Assembly: GCF_009834535.1 (NCBI RefSeq)
Contig: NC_045707.1
Location: 56,546,001-56,610,000, forward strand
Direction of reading: 5' to 3'
Length of the DNA stretch: 64,000 nucleotides
From: Camelus ferus
Lineage: Eukaryota
Made by a program: the position numbers and the translations under genes. Each line of letters begins with the position of its first letter. Position 1 is the stretch's first letter. The notes beneath the pieces were generated by a model. It had not been told where the DNA came from and made no database searches. It saw only the letters and a program-made list of their open reading frames with translations. Shown one piece after another: positions 39,877 through 52,682 of the stretch.

Positions 39877-40639
39877 TGTTGCCAACAGCATGGAAATTCA
39901 GTGATGTAACATCTGGAAGTAAGAGTCCATTACACCATCTGCAGCAGCTCTGAGAGAGTGGAACATTTTCAAATCTTCCACACTGTACTTATTATCTTAT
40001 TATTCACTAGGCAGGCAACATGGGAAGAATTGGAATTGTTTTAAATATGAGTAAACGATAAAATTCTAATAAAAAGCATTCTCTACTCAAATTCTTATTG
40101 AGCACTTGAATATTTAAGTTAACATTTCTAGGGAAGAGACGATTAATATAGTATCTTGGCCATTAGAGCTTCTAGCAAACTGTGGAAAACTCAACTAATA
40201 TGGTATTTCTGCAAGAAGGTCTCTTTTGCCTTCCAAAAGGCATTTTGTTGAGATTGCCCAAACTGGAAAGTAGAATGGTCTTGAATATCTTTTTATGGTT
40301 TGTTTATTAAACATTCAGTGCAAATAAATGTGAATCTTACGTTTTTTAAATCTTGAATTAAATACATAAGAAAATGATTTTATACTTCTTTGATTTTCTT
40401 CTTCCTCTTTCTGAACCAGTAGGTAAATTCCTAAATAATTCAGCAAATTTATTATGAATCTACTGTGTGTTTACTTTAGCAGGTAGTGGGGACAAATCAA
40501 TGAAAAAGACAGATGTTGGTTCCACCCTTAAGGATATGATAGCTTCTTGTCAGAGCTTCACTGAAGGTGTCAAGGTTAAACATTTGTTACACCTTCTGAT
40601 GTAGTTTTGAGGCTTGTGTATCTGCTTTACATCAATTAC

Positions 40640-40783
40640 CATCTGCACAGTCAAGAAGAATAGGATAATGAGAGGAAACACTGCCCAGAGTATCTGTCAT
40701 TTATTCAGCTGATACACATTGAGAAGATAAATCTTACTAACAGGGTAAGCAAGAATGAGCCTTGTTATACTGTGTATAGCAAA
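40640..40783 (-). pseudogene. Pseudo-exon (144 nt), start of AAA5
   Basis: Very strong acceptor ctttttcccttttacgtttgtacttccag and donor atg|gtaatt; phase-1 frame ends SVSSHYPILLDCAD, resembling RWPL.IDPQ. Confidence 0.6.
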
Positions 40784-41073
40784 CTGGAAGTACAAACGTA
40801 AAAGGGAAAAAGGAAACCTAGTTCATGCAACAGATCCAGTTAAAACTGAATTCAAGGCCTACAGAAATGAGATCTGGCTAAAAAATTTAAATTGTTTTGT
40901 ATTATTCTTCTTCTAAGCTACATGCTAGAGACTATTTCTCTCATGTGTTCTAATTTGGGAAGATATTTGCAAGATAATAAATAATCCTCAGAGATGAAAT
41001 TCTTTTCTCCATCACTTACCAAAAATATTCTAATCTTTTAAGGTATCACTATTATTTTTGCACCGACCTATGC

Positions 41074-41074
<1 letters not shown>

Positions 41075-41114
<40 letters not shown>

Positions 41115-41121
41115 TGTGTGT
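41075..41121. repeat. (TG)n microsatellite
   Basis: Direct reading. Confidence 0.98.
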
Positions 41122-41699
41122 CCACTGCCGTGTATAACCTTTATATTTTCCCCTGTGTCATCAGGTTCCCTGTTTTACACTATACACACATACTGTAGGG
41201 TTTCTGCTAAGCTACTGCTCTGCATTAAATTGTGAATCCTCATGAGGAAGTCTTTTCTTTTCCTAAATAGATTTAACACAGTCATACAAAGGTTCAGTCT
41301 CAAGATCTTTAGCTATATCCAATAAATTTGGCCAAGTAAGAACATACACTATTTTTCATATCATCAAACTCAAGGACAGTATCACTGAGGCAACTTTATA
41401 GTGTGCTATAAAATTAAATTCATCTAACTCTTTCATTGTAGTTACCTAGAAACACATTGTATTTGAAAATGTTTCCAAGAGTCACAGTGAATTTGTAGTA
41501 GAATTGAACCAAATGCAAAATTTGGCTTTATGAATATAGTTTACATTAAACTCCTTTTAAACATCATACCCTGAGATGTGGTGATAAATTTGCTTCTGAC
41601 TTAAACAGAAAAAGTCTACCTTATAATTAGTCATATTTGTTAAAATACTAAAAATTGTCACATCTCTTTTCACATGACTTGGATGCTAGACTACATAGT

Positions 41700-41911
41700 T
41701 AATAATGTGTAATCTATGAAGGTGTGAGTATTCCCTTAATACTCTAACAGGAGGTTTCATTTAATTATTCCTCCTTATAATTTATTTTCAATTTTGAATA
41801 TGATTCCAGTGGCAAAAGGTTTATAAAATAATAATAATCTTCGCTGTATCATTTTGATTTCTGGGTGAGGAAATATTTGAGTCTGGAAAGACTTTCACTC
41901 CAAAGCAATAC
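41700..41911 (-). pseudogene. Pseudo-exon, end of stalk
   Basis: Acceptor ttcctaacatag; VLLWSESLSRLK...YYYFINLLPLESYSKL resembles RW......L...Y.GPF...YR..L; 3' boundary uncertain. Confidence 0.5.
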
Positions 41912-42118
41912 CTATGTTAGGAAATGCATCCCTAGGGCAAGCTGTATTATTCAAAAGTGTTTTGCTTTTGTCTTTTTGAATAATATAAATAAATGTTCTA
42001 TTCTTTCTTGCTTATTGATTTTTTTTGCCATGGGTCTAATTTTATTATTTTATTATTAGTCACTAAACACTACTTTAATTGGTTTCTATTTTGTATAAAG
42101 TACCCTATTAACTCATAC

Positions 42119-42266
42119 CAAGATTGTTGGTGTAAAAAACAATCTGTATGTGGCCTTAACATGGTTAGAGAATTACATAATTGTGTAATTAGAGTTCTGA
42201 TTGATGTTATTTGATTTGGACAGGCAGTGATCCATATCTCAAAGAGGAAGGGAGCATAACATATTC
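42119..42266 (-). pseudogene. Pseudo-exon (148 nt), stalk coiled coil 2
   Basis: Acceptor tgtttactgcag and donor ttg|gtatga; reading frame ambiguous. Confidence 0.5.
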
Positions 42267-42587
42267 CTGCAGTAAACATAATACTGACTGAGTTTTATAT
42301 TTAAGATGATATGTGACAATTTATATTTGTTCTACATATTTTTTAAAATGACGGTTCAACAAATTCTGCAAATGAAATAGCCCAAAATGCCACACTCACT
42401 TATATTATATCAATAATCCAGCTGTCTTCTGGGTGGAGTCTCCTGCCCCTTTGAAATCACTTAAGATAGGCTCAAACTTCCAAATATGACCTTGGGAAAC
42501 CTAAGCCCTTTCTCTAACATTGTGTGAATTTACTGGAGCTACTGTGATTATGGTCCCTCTACCTTTGGGCTTATGCTTTTGTTTCAC

Positions 42588-42644
42588 CTCATACAACTCA
42601 GAAGTGAAACTTATATCCATTCCCAATGTTTCAGGGAAAATATC
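42588..42644 (-). pseudogene. Pseudo-exon (57 nt)
   Basis: Acceptor gatttttttgtag and donor gag|gtgaaa; open in phase 0 (DIFPETLGMDISFTSELYE), phase-compatible with the upstream exon. Confidence 0.5.
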
Positions 42645-42904
42645 CTACAAAAAAATCACTCATAACTGAGATAGTTCCATCAAATACTGATTGGGAAGCA
42701 TATTACGATAAGGTGCTAGAGTTGGGAGAGGAGAAGCTGTACACTGAAGCAACAGAAATAACTAGAGTAAATAATTTCTACTGGATATTTCTCACAGCTA
42801 TCCTGCCACACACATCTCTCTGGGTCTTCTGACTCTCTCTCTGTTCTTTGTCTCCAAACACTTCCCTCTCAAGAGCAAAACAAATGCCTCTCCTTGTCTC
42901 TTAC

Positions 42905-43231
42905 AGAAAAGTTTAGTCACAATTCATTGCAGCTTGGTTCTTCCTGATAATAACATCTGTTGGACTCAACCTCTATAGAAAGTAGCTTAGCAAGAAAATT
43001 ACTCAACGACCTTTCTCTTCCAGGGTAAGTTCTTATTTCTGCTTTGTCCATGACTTTTGTGAATGAAATGTTCTTATATGAATGAAGCAGAAATGGTTTA
43101 CTGGTAATGGCTGAGAGTTTGACAATCTCTAGTTAGGACCGCAGGGGACATCCTGAGGTCGTGGCTAACTTAGCTCCTCACAGAGCAATGGCTTCATCAG
43201 TCATCAAGTTTGCCCTAAGGTAGAGCTACTT
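42905..43231 (-). pseudogene. Pseudo-exon (327 nt), stalk and microtubule-binding domain
   Basis: Acceptor ctttacttttacag and donor tct|gtaaga; a 71-codon stop-free stretch contains KVMDKAEIRTYPGRERSLSNFL, resembling the MTBD D..E(I/L)(R/K)SY..PP motif; 4 in-frame stops elsewhere. Confidence 0.6.
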
Positions 43232-43456
43232 CTGTAAAAGTAAAGCAGTATTTTCATAGGAAAATAATTCAAGGGCCTCTTTCTCTGGTTGCAAAGGACC
43301 AGACTTAACCACTCACAGCTTTGTATGACAAAAGTTCGCCCTAAGGTAGAGCTAATTCTGTAAAAGTAAAGCAGTACTTTCACAGGAAAATAATTCAAGG
43401 GCCTCTTCCTCTGTTTGCAAAGGACCAGACTTACCACTCATAGCTTTGTATGACAA
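43206..43456. repeat. Direct tandem duplication, 2 x ~126 bp
   Basis: Copies start at 43206 and 43332 (aagtt(t/c)gccctaaggtagagcta...gctttgtatgacaa) and differ at about 10 positions. Confidence 0.97.
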
Positions 43457-43806
43457 GTGAGTTTTCTCTTTTTGTTTAAGAAGTGACAAGTATATTCCTG
43501 GCCTTTGTAGTATTAGTAGTGAAAATCTACATTTATTAAGTCATAGATTGCTGAATTTTTAGTGTCTACTCTTGTAATAAAGTTACATTAATTGTGTAAT
43601 AATTTCTAAATTGGAATATGGAGTCAGGTAATACATTTTTGTCTTGGTATTTTTCCAGAAATAATATCTGTAAAATGCCCTATTTCTAGAGCAGAGTCAT
43701 TGATTCAGAATTGTCTTTTTAGAAGTACTCCAGGAGTTACAACAAGGAAACCAAGTGTATTTTTAAAAATTCTATGTCTTGGCAGGCCAACAGGGCCAAT
43801 GCAGAC
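43435..43806 (-). pseudogene. Pseudo-exon (372 nt), AAA4 lid to stalk coiled coil 1
   Basis: Acceptor atacttttttcag and perfect donor gtg|gtaagt; phase-2 frame SALALLACQDIE...VLPDSIFQFRNYYTINVTLLQE*TLKIQQ resembles AL..VA...L and TP...L.F...F..L. Confidence 0.6.
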
Positions 43807-44186
43807 CTGAAAAAAGTATTATTTAAAATTAACACAATTGGATTGAGATTTTGCTTTCTATTCCACATTCAATCTATTCACTTTCTCTGAATATGCACAC
43901 TCCTGCACACAAAGCATTCATTTTTGAAAGGGAATTGAAAATATTTATTTTAAAAATAATAGACTGATTATACAAAAATATCAGACATATTACCATAGGC
44001 CTTATATGCTCATATTTTAGACATCTTTGTATTTAAGAATCAATTTCCACAGTTGCTTAGCAACAGTCTGGTCATTTAGTTCAAATGTGATCTCTAAATT
44101 TAAAAGCCTCTTATGAAACAGAAGTCAAATAGTCTGATTTTTTTTTTTTTTATGTATAGGAAAAAATGGAAAAAAGGTCTATTGCC

Positions 44187-44432
44187 ATGCATAAAGGGCT
44201 GTAGTATTCAATGCCAAAAAATAACATTCTGACTAGACTATTTGTTGTGATCTTTAAGTCTTTTTATCTAAGACATTAATAACAATGAAGTCCATTGTTC
44301 TTCATTCTGTTCAGTTGCTGGTTAATGTGACATCTAATTTACATTCAAAAGGTTAAGTGTATGTGGAGAGCCTAATCTTTTAAGAAAAAGATGGATGAAA
44401 ATGTAGTCCTTTATTTTCTGTTTTTGTTTTGC
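44187..44432 (-). pseudogene. Pseudo-exon, end of AAA4
   Basis: Strong acceptor cttaatttcttctacag; KQKIKDYIFIHLFL and later GIEYYSPL resemble VR.NLHI.L and TID.F.PW; donor appears mutated or uncertain. Confidence 0.5.
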
Positions 44433-45389
44433 CTGTAGAAGAAATTAAGTAGGGGCTTAGTATTTAAAACACATAAACATTTACTGTATGCATATCACTT
44501 ATGACTATTATAGAAACTTGTTACATTCTGCCTGGTATTAGTGTTTTGTACAAACTTTATCTTCCACACTGGTCTCTGTGCTCCTTAAAATCCTTAAAAA
44601 GAACCCTTAGTTATTCATTTCTGAGTTCCGATAATCTAGAAGTATCTTGTATATAGCAGGCACTGCATAAATGTATCAAGTTGAATATTTAGTAATAGTA
44701 ACAATCATAATGAAAACAATGACATTTTGAGCAGTTATCTGTGTCATGTACTGTATCAAGTGCTCTATTTTAATTGTAGAGGCAAATATGGTTATTTGTT
44801 CTGTTTATATTAAGGACAGAGGAGAAGAAAGTCTTACATTATAGCAGCTATAAGGGTTGGGAAACACTAAATTAGATGACCAAGAATTTGCAGTCTTCTA
44901 CATTATGATAAATAAGTAGATGTAAATGTTTACATTTCTAAGTATTGGTGGATTTAGCAATTATTTTTCACAAACTTAGATCTCAAAACATCAAGAATAA
45001 TTGGTTGTACCTTAATATAGTGGGTATCTGTTGATTTAGCCTGTGTAGCACCTATTGTCTCTTCTGGTAACAACATTCTGTTTTTATCTTGGGGAATCTT
45101 CTCACCTTCATTCTCAGTTCAAGTGCTTAAAGTGGGACAACCCATACTCCCAACTCCAGGTGTGGGAACATGATTCAGGCCTGGTCTACTGACAATCGCC
45201 TTCCCTTTGGCAATCAATTCAGCAATGAATATATGACCCAGACAAAGAAAACAACTGGTAGCCCTAGGTGTTTTGCTACAGCTAGGGAAAGAGTTATGTT
45301 CCCTTCACTGGGATTGCTCGAGAGCTACCTGTAGTCACTATTTCCTTAGCACTGTCCCCTTTAAGATCGAAGCCAATAAGAAGAAAGAG

Positions 45390-46100
45390 TGCCAAGGCAA
45401 ACATCACAGAAAAATTGTTGCAAACATTATTCACCAATGGATGATAAAGTCATTGGGAGAATGTTTGAGGAGAAACGATAGTCACATAGTCTCAAAAGTG
45501 TCTCCTCAAAGTTATTTATCAGTTACAAAGGAAGAAGCGTTAACTTTGTAATGGAGAAACTTGGCAGAGACACCTTAACCAAGCAATCAAGGTTAACATC
45601 TCCAGAAATAAGATTTATTGAGATTGTGTTCCTTCAATCTTACGCACTTAGAGAGGAAAAAAAAATTATTACTTCTGTGGTATTCTTGTGAAAAGTGCAT
45701 GACCTCAATCTAATCATTAGACAAGAAGAAGAAACACCAGACAAACAAATTGAGACCCATATACAAAATAAATGACCAGTACTCATCAGAAGCACGAAGG
45801 TAATGAAAGGCAAGGAAGAAACTGAAGTGATAAAACAACTAAATGCAAGGTACTCGTCTGGACTGGATCTTGGGGAAAAAAAAAAAAAAAAAGACTTGAG
45901 GAGGAAAAAAAAACTGTGAAATTCAAATAAAGTCTATAGTTTACTTATTAGTATTGTACCAACTTTAATTTCCCAGTTTTGAAAATTGTATTATGGCTAT
46001 CTAAATGGTTAACATTAGGGAATACTGAATAAAGAATAATATGTGAACTCTTTGTAATAGTCTTCTAAATTTTCTGTACGTGTAAAACTATTTGAAAATC
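45390..46100 (+). mobile_element. Old L1M 3'UTR inserted into a MaLR LTR
   Basis: Resembles L1MC/MD-type 3' ends; the tail has expanded into (GAAG)n. Confidence 0.65.
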
Positions 46101-46174
46101 GAAGGAAGGAAGGAAGGAAGGAAGGAAGGAAGGAAGGAAGGAAGGAAGGAAGGAAGGAAGGAAGGAAGGAAGGA
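46101..46174. repeat. (GAAG)n microsatellite
   Basis: Direct reading. Confidence 0.98.
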
Positions 46175-47201
46175 ATTGACTCAAGAGATTAAGAACAATA
46201 GGTTCCTGGCACTTATACTTTATCCAGCTATACTTGAACACACACCTACCACTAGGCTTTTCAGGTATGAATTGAAAAATTCTTTAATCATTTTAGTTGG
46301 GTTTCTCTAACATTTCAGCAAAAGGGATATGCCAAATATATATTTCTTTTCTTTGCCAGTGAGTTTACTGTGGCCTGTCTAGAAAATGCCTCATGACCAA
46401 TGAAATGTTTCACATAAGGGGATTTTCCAGATCACTTCTATACTCAAGGCAATAATTTTTTTCATTTTAATAATTTTGCATGGAGACATTCCTATAATGT
46501 ACTTTTCACTTTCATGTCTCTGTTGTGGAGTGTACTGAAGATGATTTTTTTTTATTATTTCAGTGATTTTCAGCCATCACTCTGAGCATAAATCATCTTA
46601 CATTATAGAATGAGTTGGTATCATGATTGGTTGAGGTATAGAAATGTATATTTGTACATAAATTGACCTCTGATTAAGATTTATTTTGTCTCGTAATTTT
46701 ATGAACCTCCTTTGTTTATTTGGTTTTATATACATTTTCTGCTATTAACTTATTTATAGCAGTCCCTTCCCTCTAGAACTTTCTGCTATATATTTGCTGT
46801 TGGAAAGCACAAACTTACCGAAATCAAATGTAACACAAGAGTTCTCTGTAAATGAGGGTTTCTCATATGATTAGAGTTCATGGATTTTGTGATATCTATT
46901 TTGGAGAGTTTTTGTTTGTTTTCTCAATATTTGTAACTATGGACTGTAATCTATAATGGTGAATATACTGAATACATGACTTTGGGATCTGATAGTGTAA
47001 CTCAGTTAGAAATTAAAGTTTGTAGTATGTCTTTATTAACATGTTTCAGTACTTGTTTTCATTTTAATAAGTCATCAGTACTGCTGTTCATCACAATATA
47101 TTTCCCAAAATGGCCTAAGAAAAATGAACTTCCCCATGATGACAGGAGTAAGTCCGCTGAGCGGATTAAATGTGTCCCCGTGTGCCAGGGCCTGTGATTA
47201 C

Positions 47202-47309
47202 CTCTTCCTGCTTACAGAGTCATTCATGATGTCTCTTATGTGACAAGTCTTTTATCCTAGCTGATGTGAATGTAGAGTCTTCCCTCTCTTGCCTGAGAGT
47301 ATCAGTTCC
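47202..47309 (-). pseudogene. Pseudo-exon (108 nt), AAA4
   Basis: Acceptor tgtctgtag and donor gag|gtaatc; one frame gives ELILSGK, resembling N.LL.SGE. Confidence 0.5.
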
Positions 47310-47418
47310 CTACAGACACCCTACATGCTTATCCCCTTTTATCTTGGGCTCTTCCAAATTTGTCTCTGCACACGTACTGAGCTTGTAATTAATCTGAGTT
47401 GACTGCACTTCTTCTCAC

Positions 47419-47545
47419 TGCCCATATGCATCTATTATTATCTATTTTCTTTTTCTTTTCCTCCTTCAATCCAGCAGCAGCTATACTGTGTTGTCATTTC
47501 CTTGGCTTGGAATCAATGCTCTCTTCCTGCCAAGTCCCATAGATC
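47419..47545 (-). pseudogene. Pseudo-exon, AAA4 P-loop
   Basis: Acceptor cactttgtag and donor gca|gtgaga; phase-1 translation GSMGLGRKRAL (GxxGxG[RK]), followed after a frameshift by AAAGLKEEK, matching the AAA4 AG(L/V) motif. Confidence 0.6.
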
Positions 47546-47619
47546 CTACAAAGTGCTTCTGTTGCGGTAGTAACTTTGTTCCCTAATATATAAATGAACA
47601 GCATAGCTTCAGAGCTTTA

Positions 47620-47942
47620 CTATAAATAGCATGGAGTTTCTCAAAGCTCTCCACTAATTGTTCACCAAATTAATTTAATCTCTACTAATAGTCTTGCTTC
47701 ATAAATTGACATTTTAGCAGTCCTTTCTAAATTTTTTTCCCACCAAAGTGGCAATTCATTTTTCTTATTATTTGCAGGGAATTGGCTCTTAATTGTTTAC
47801 TGTTTGTTTATTTTACAGCACTTAACAGGTAAATATATCTAATCTTAAAGAAAGAGGACATGAAAAAATAAACAGTAAGAATCAGAATGTTTAGAATCTT
47901 CCACTATTTCTTATTCTCGTGAACTATTCGTCCTGCAGCCCC
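47620..47942 (-). pseudogene. Pseudo-exon, AAA3 lid to start of AAA4
   Basis: Acceptor tattctgttcag; GRIVHE resembles RLW.HE; frameshifted; 3' boundary approximate. Confidence 0.35.
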
Positions 47943-48229
47943 CTGAACAGAATATAGCTGTGAAAGGACTCTCTGTGCATTTGGTCAATTGTGATCATCA
48001 GTTGGTAGGCAAATTTATTGATCACTGACTTTGTTCAGTAAAAGGGAAATGATGTAAAGGAGAAAACCCTGGGCAGGGAGCCAGAAGAGGTAGGTTTTAG
48101 TCCCAACTATGCCAATATATTTCTGTGTACTATTGTGTGAGTTCAATTCCATTTTCTGAAAATCATTAGGCTTGACTACATAAACTTAAATTGTTTTTAT
48201 CTCTAATATTTTATGAGTCTAGAATACTG

Positions 48230-48483
48230 TGTTCCTTGAGGAATTCAGAATTTAATTGAGACATAAAATGAGAAAAGTGGCATTGCCTGCAATTCTTATA
48301 AGAGTTTTGTAGCATAGGGACCATGTCTATGGTCCCCAGTCTAAGCATAAGCCTGAAAGAGAGGTTCCAACTTTTCCCACTGAGACACAAATGACAGATG
48401 ACATTCACATTCATAACACATGCTCAAAGGAGTACACAAGTTTATAAGCTATTCCATGTTCAAATGGTAACTTGAACCTTTCC
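48230..48483 (-). pseudogene. Pseudo-exon, AAA3 lid
   Basis: Acceptor ttttaatataacag; RLGTIDMVPMLQNSYKNCRQCHFSHF resembles AT...Y...F.P.P...HY.F; 3' boundary uncertain. Confidence 0.35.
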
Positions 48484-48519
48484 CTGTTATATTAAAATCC
48501 AATGATATTGTTGAATCTG

Positions 48520-50302
48520 CTGTTTTTCACTTACTGAAAAACACTTTATTCAGATATAATTGATATACAATTAACCTCCAAATTTAGAGCGTAAAATTTA
48601 AGGTATTAGCAAATACATACACCTATAAAATTATTACAATCTATATAATAAACATATCTATCAGTTCCAACAATTTACTTGTGCCTTTTTGTAATTCCTT
48701 TCTTCTACTCCTCCATCATATTTTTTCATTCACAGGCTACTACTGATCTGGTTTTTATAACTAGAGATTTTGTTTCTTTGTTTGGCTTTTTTTTTTGTTT
48801 GTTTGTTTTGGTTTTTAAATATCGGAGTTGTTATTTATTTATTTGTTTATTTATTTAAATTGAAGTATAGTCGGTTTACAATGTTGTGTCAGTTTCTGGT
48901 GTACAAAGTAGTTTTACAGTCATACATATACATTCCTTTTCATATTCTTTTTCATTTTTGTTGTAGGTTACTACAAGATATTGAATATAGTTCCCTGTGC
49001 TATACAATAGAGCCTTGTTGTTTATCTATTTTATATGTAGTAGTATCTGCAAATCTTGTACTCCCACTTTATTCCTTCCCACTCCCTTTCCCACTGGTAA
49101 CCATAAGTTTGTTTGCTGTATGTGTGAGTCTGTTTCTGTTTTGTAAATAAATTCATTTGTGTCTTTTCTTTAGATTCCACATATAAGTGATATCATATGG
49201 TATTTTTTTTTCTCTTTCTGTTTTACTTCATTTAGCATGACAATCTCCAGGTCCATCCATGTTGCTGCAAATGCATTATTTTATTCTTTTCTATAGCTGA
49301 ATAGTATTCATTGTATAAATATACCACAGCTTCTTTATCCAGTTGTCTGTTCATGGACATTTAATTTGTTTCCATATCCCGGCTATTGTAAATAGTGCTG
49401 CTATTAACACTGGGGTACATGTATCTTTCCAAATTAAAGTTCCCCCTGGGATACATGCCCAAGAGTGGGATTGCTGGATCCTATGGTAAATATATTTTTA
49501 GTTTTTTAAGGAATCTCCATATTGTTTTCCATAATGGCATTCCCAACAACAGTGTAGGAGGGTTCCTTTTTCTCCACACCCTCTCCAGCATTTATCATTT
49601 GTGGACTTTTTTAATGATGGCCATTCCAATTGGTGTGAGGTATATTTTAATTTAAATTAAAATTTTAACCAAATGAAATCAGGGAACTAGGAGATACTAT
49701 TTTGGGAGGAGATGGGGGTCTGAGTTTTTGTACTGAATACTATTTTGAAATTTATCACTTATTTTAATATTTAATATTTATTCATATTTGTAAGTATCAA
49801 TAGGCCATTACTTTTTATATTGGGTCATACTTCATTGTGGGAATACACCACAGTTTGTCAGTCATTTTCACGAGTTGGTGAACTTTTGTTTGTTTCAAGA
49901 ATTTGATACAAAATAAAGCTACTGTGAATATTTGTGTATATGACTTGTATGGACATAAACTTTCATTTATTTTGGGTAAATACCCAGAGCAGAATAACTG
50001 GATCATATGGTTGATATATGTTTACCTTTTTAAGAAATTGCTAAACCTTTTGCAAAGCTGTTATACCATTTAGATTCCAGTGTATGAAGTAGTGTATGAA
50101 GAGTTCCAGTTCCTCCACATCTTCATCAGCATTATGGTCAATCATTTTAATTTTAGATATTTTAGTAGGTATGGTGGTATAATATGGTGGTAAATTTGCA
50201 TTTCTTTAATGATTAGTGATGTTGAGCATTGTGTGTGTGTGTGTATATGACAGAGATGTCTATCCTTTGTAATGTGTCTGTTAAGATATTTTGCTCATTT
50301 TT
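48520..50302 (-). mobile_element. Old LINE-1 3' end with a younger L1 3' end (about 48770-49645) nested in it
   Basis: Reverse-complement similarity to L1 3'UTR and ORF2 end; two distinct T-rich tails. Confidence 0.85.
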
Positions 50303-51373
50303 CAACCTGCTAAAGGACATCTACAAACAACTCACAGTTAACATTATATTTTATTATAAAAGAATAAATACTGTCACACTAAGATCAAGAACCAGACAAG
50401 GATATCCAACTTCACCACTTTGGTTTAATGTTGTACTGGAAATCTAGTACACACAATCAGGCAAGAAAAAGGAATAAAAAACATTTTATGAATAAACGAG
50501 AAAAGAAGAGATAAACCATCTCTATTTGCAGATTCCATGTCTTTATATAGAGAAAGCCCTAAGAAATATTTTTAAAGTCTATTAGAAACTAATGAAAGAG
50601 TTTAGTAAGGCTTCAGGATACAAAATAAATTCTTTGAAAAACCAATTGTTCCTATAGATTAGCAGTGAACATAATGTAAATGAAATTAAGAAAATATTTT
50701 CATTTAAAATAGCTTAAGAAAGAAAAAAATTCAATTAAAAAAGGTAGTATAAGACTTGTACCCGGGAGGGGCAGTGACCCGCCCGCCCACAGCAGAGGAG
50801 AGCTACACCTGACCCAGTGTTAGGAGGAGGCGCGATCTGCTTGCCGACAGGTGCTGGGAGCAGCACAGAAGAGGGCGCCAACGGAGGGCCTCTGAAAACA
50901 GCAAGCTGAGCTTCCAAAACAGGACGAAGACAGAAAGACTTCACATTAAAAGCACACAGACTCCAGGAGAACACCGACAACCCCCCCCCCTCTTTTTTTT
51001 AATCTGTTTTTACCTGTTCTATTTTCTATTACCCTCTTAATTTTTACTTCTTAATTCATTTCTATTTCTCTTGGGTTTTGATGTCCTGTTATTGATTAGA
51101 CACAGGTTTCAAGTACATCTATTCATCTCCCCCCCCCCTCTTTTTTAAAGGTTTTAAAAGGACGTCTCAACCCGATTGATACTCTGCTTCAACTCGCTCT
51201 TCATTATACACTGTTTTCAAACCCTCTTTCTCCCTTCTTTTAAAATTCTCTCTCTCTCTTATTTTTTTCTTTTTTTTTTCCTAAGTTCTATTCCTAAATA
51301 GGCATTAGCTAGATAAACTCCTTAAGGACCAAACAGATAACTGATACTCCATAAACCACAGTGCCAGAGAGGT

Positions 51374-52276
51374 ATGAGCAAGATGAAGAAGCAGAGAAAC
51401 CTTTCCCAATTAAAAGAACAAGAGAAATCCCCTGAAAGAAAGATCAATGAAATAGATATCGATAGCCTACTAGATCAAGATTTCAAAAAAGGAGTGATCA
51501 AATTGCTGAAGGAATTAAAAGAGATAGTGTTTAGAGATATAAAATATGTCAAAAATGAAATTGAAGCTATAAAGAAGAGCCAAGTAGAATGGGTAAACTC
51601 ATTGACAGAGATGAGGAATGATATAATAGCTGTGCAAAGCTGACTAGATAATGCAGAGGAACGAATTAGTGATCTAGAAGACAGGACAATAGAAAGCACC
51701 CATTCAGAAGAACTACAAGATAAGCAAATAAAAAATAATGAAAATAGCATAAGGGACCTATGGAACAATATTAAGTGTCCCAATCTTCACATAATAGGGG
51801 TCCCAGAAGGGGAAGAAAGATCAAAGGGGATTGAAAAGGTTTTTGAAGAAATCATGACTGAAAACTTCCCAAACTTAAAGAAGGAATCAGATATCCAAGT
51901 ACAGGAAGCTCAGAGGGTCCCAAACAGGAAGAACCCAAATAGACCCACACCAAGACATATCATAATCAAGATGGCCAGAGTCAAGGATAAAGAAATGATT
52001 CTAAAGGCAGCAAGAGAAAAGCAAAGAGTAAGTTACAAGGGAACCCCCATAAGGCTCTCAGCTGATTTCTCTATACAAACACTACAGGCCAGAAGGGAGT
52101 GGCAAGATATATTCAAAGCCCTGAATGAAAAAAAGATGCAGCCTAGGATCCTTTATCCAGCAAGGCTATCCTTTAGGATAGAAGGAGAAATAAAGAGTTT
52201 CACAGACAAAAAAAAGCTGCAGGAGTTTAGCAACACTAAACCCATGCTAAAAGAAATATTGAAAGGGCTATTCTAA
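51374..52276 (+). pseudogene. LINE-1 ORF1p (coiled coil, RRM, CTD) with a premature TGA at 51641-51643
   Basis: Motifs ENFPNL, RPTPRHIIIK, ILKAAREK, IRLSADFS, ARREW, YPARLSF. Confidence 0.95.
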
Positions 52277-52682
52277 ATAGAAAAGCAGCAGGATGCTACA
52301 GAAATGAGAAACTCACAACTGGAAAGGTGATAACTCATGAATTACACATAAAGTAAACACGAAACTATAAAAGAAGACATACAAATCACTGAGAGTGGGA
52401 GAGGGAGGCAGGGAAACATAGAATATTTTTTTTCTATTCTTTTTAAAATTTTTTTAACAGTAGGATGGGTTTGAGATCATGTTACTATCAGTTTAATAAA
52501 AACAGTTATAGTAATGGGCTAATAGATTAACAAAAAAGGGTAACCACAAGCCAAAAACTTACAAGGGAGTCACAAAAATTAAATAAAATCCATGATAATA
52601 CAAAGGAAAATTACCAAACCACAAAAGGAAGAAGAAAGGAACAAAGACGATATACCAATTCAACTGCAAAGATAAGTTCAAA

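Noticed and set aside
40640..40783. Phase-0 hydrophobic reading suggesting a membrane protein
   Set aside because: T-rich codons give spurious TM-like peptides; the phase-1 frame carries the YPILLD motif in the expected order
43206..43456. CRISPR-like or other repeat-spacer array
   Set aside because: Only two abutting copies, no spacers, eukaryotic context; no such array seen anywhere in the window
43435..43500. EYTCHFLN...TCHTKL.V resembling the end of an Ig domain
   Set aside because: No upstream Cys/Trp Ig core; likely a chance match
46092..46310. ORF with EGRK repeats
   Set aside because: Translation of a (GAAG)n microsatellite
49655..50302. Twin-priming inversion at the 50302 orientation switch
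   Set aside because: Both orientations contain the same L1 3' region, so they are separate insertions
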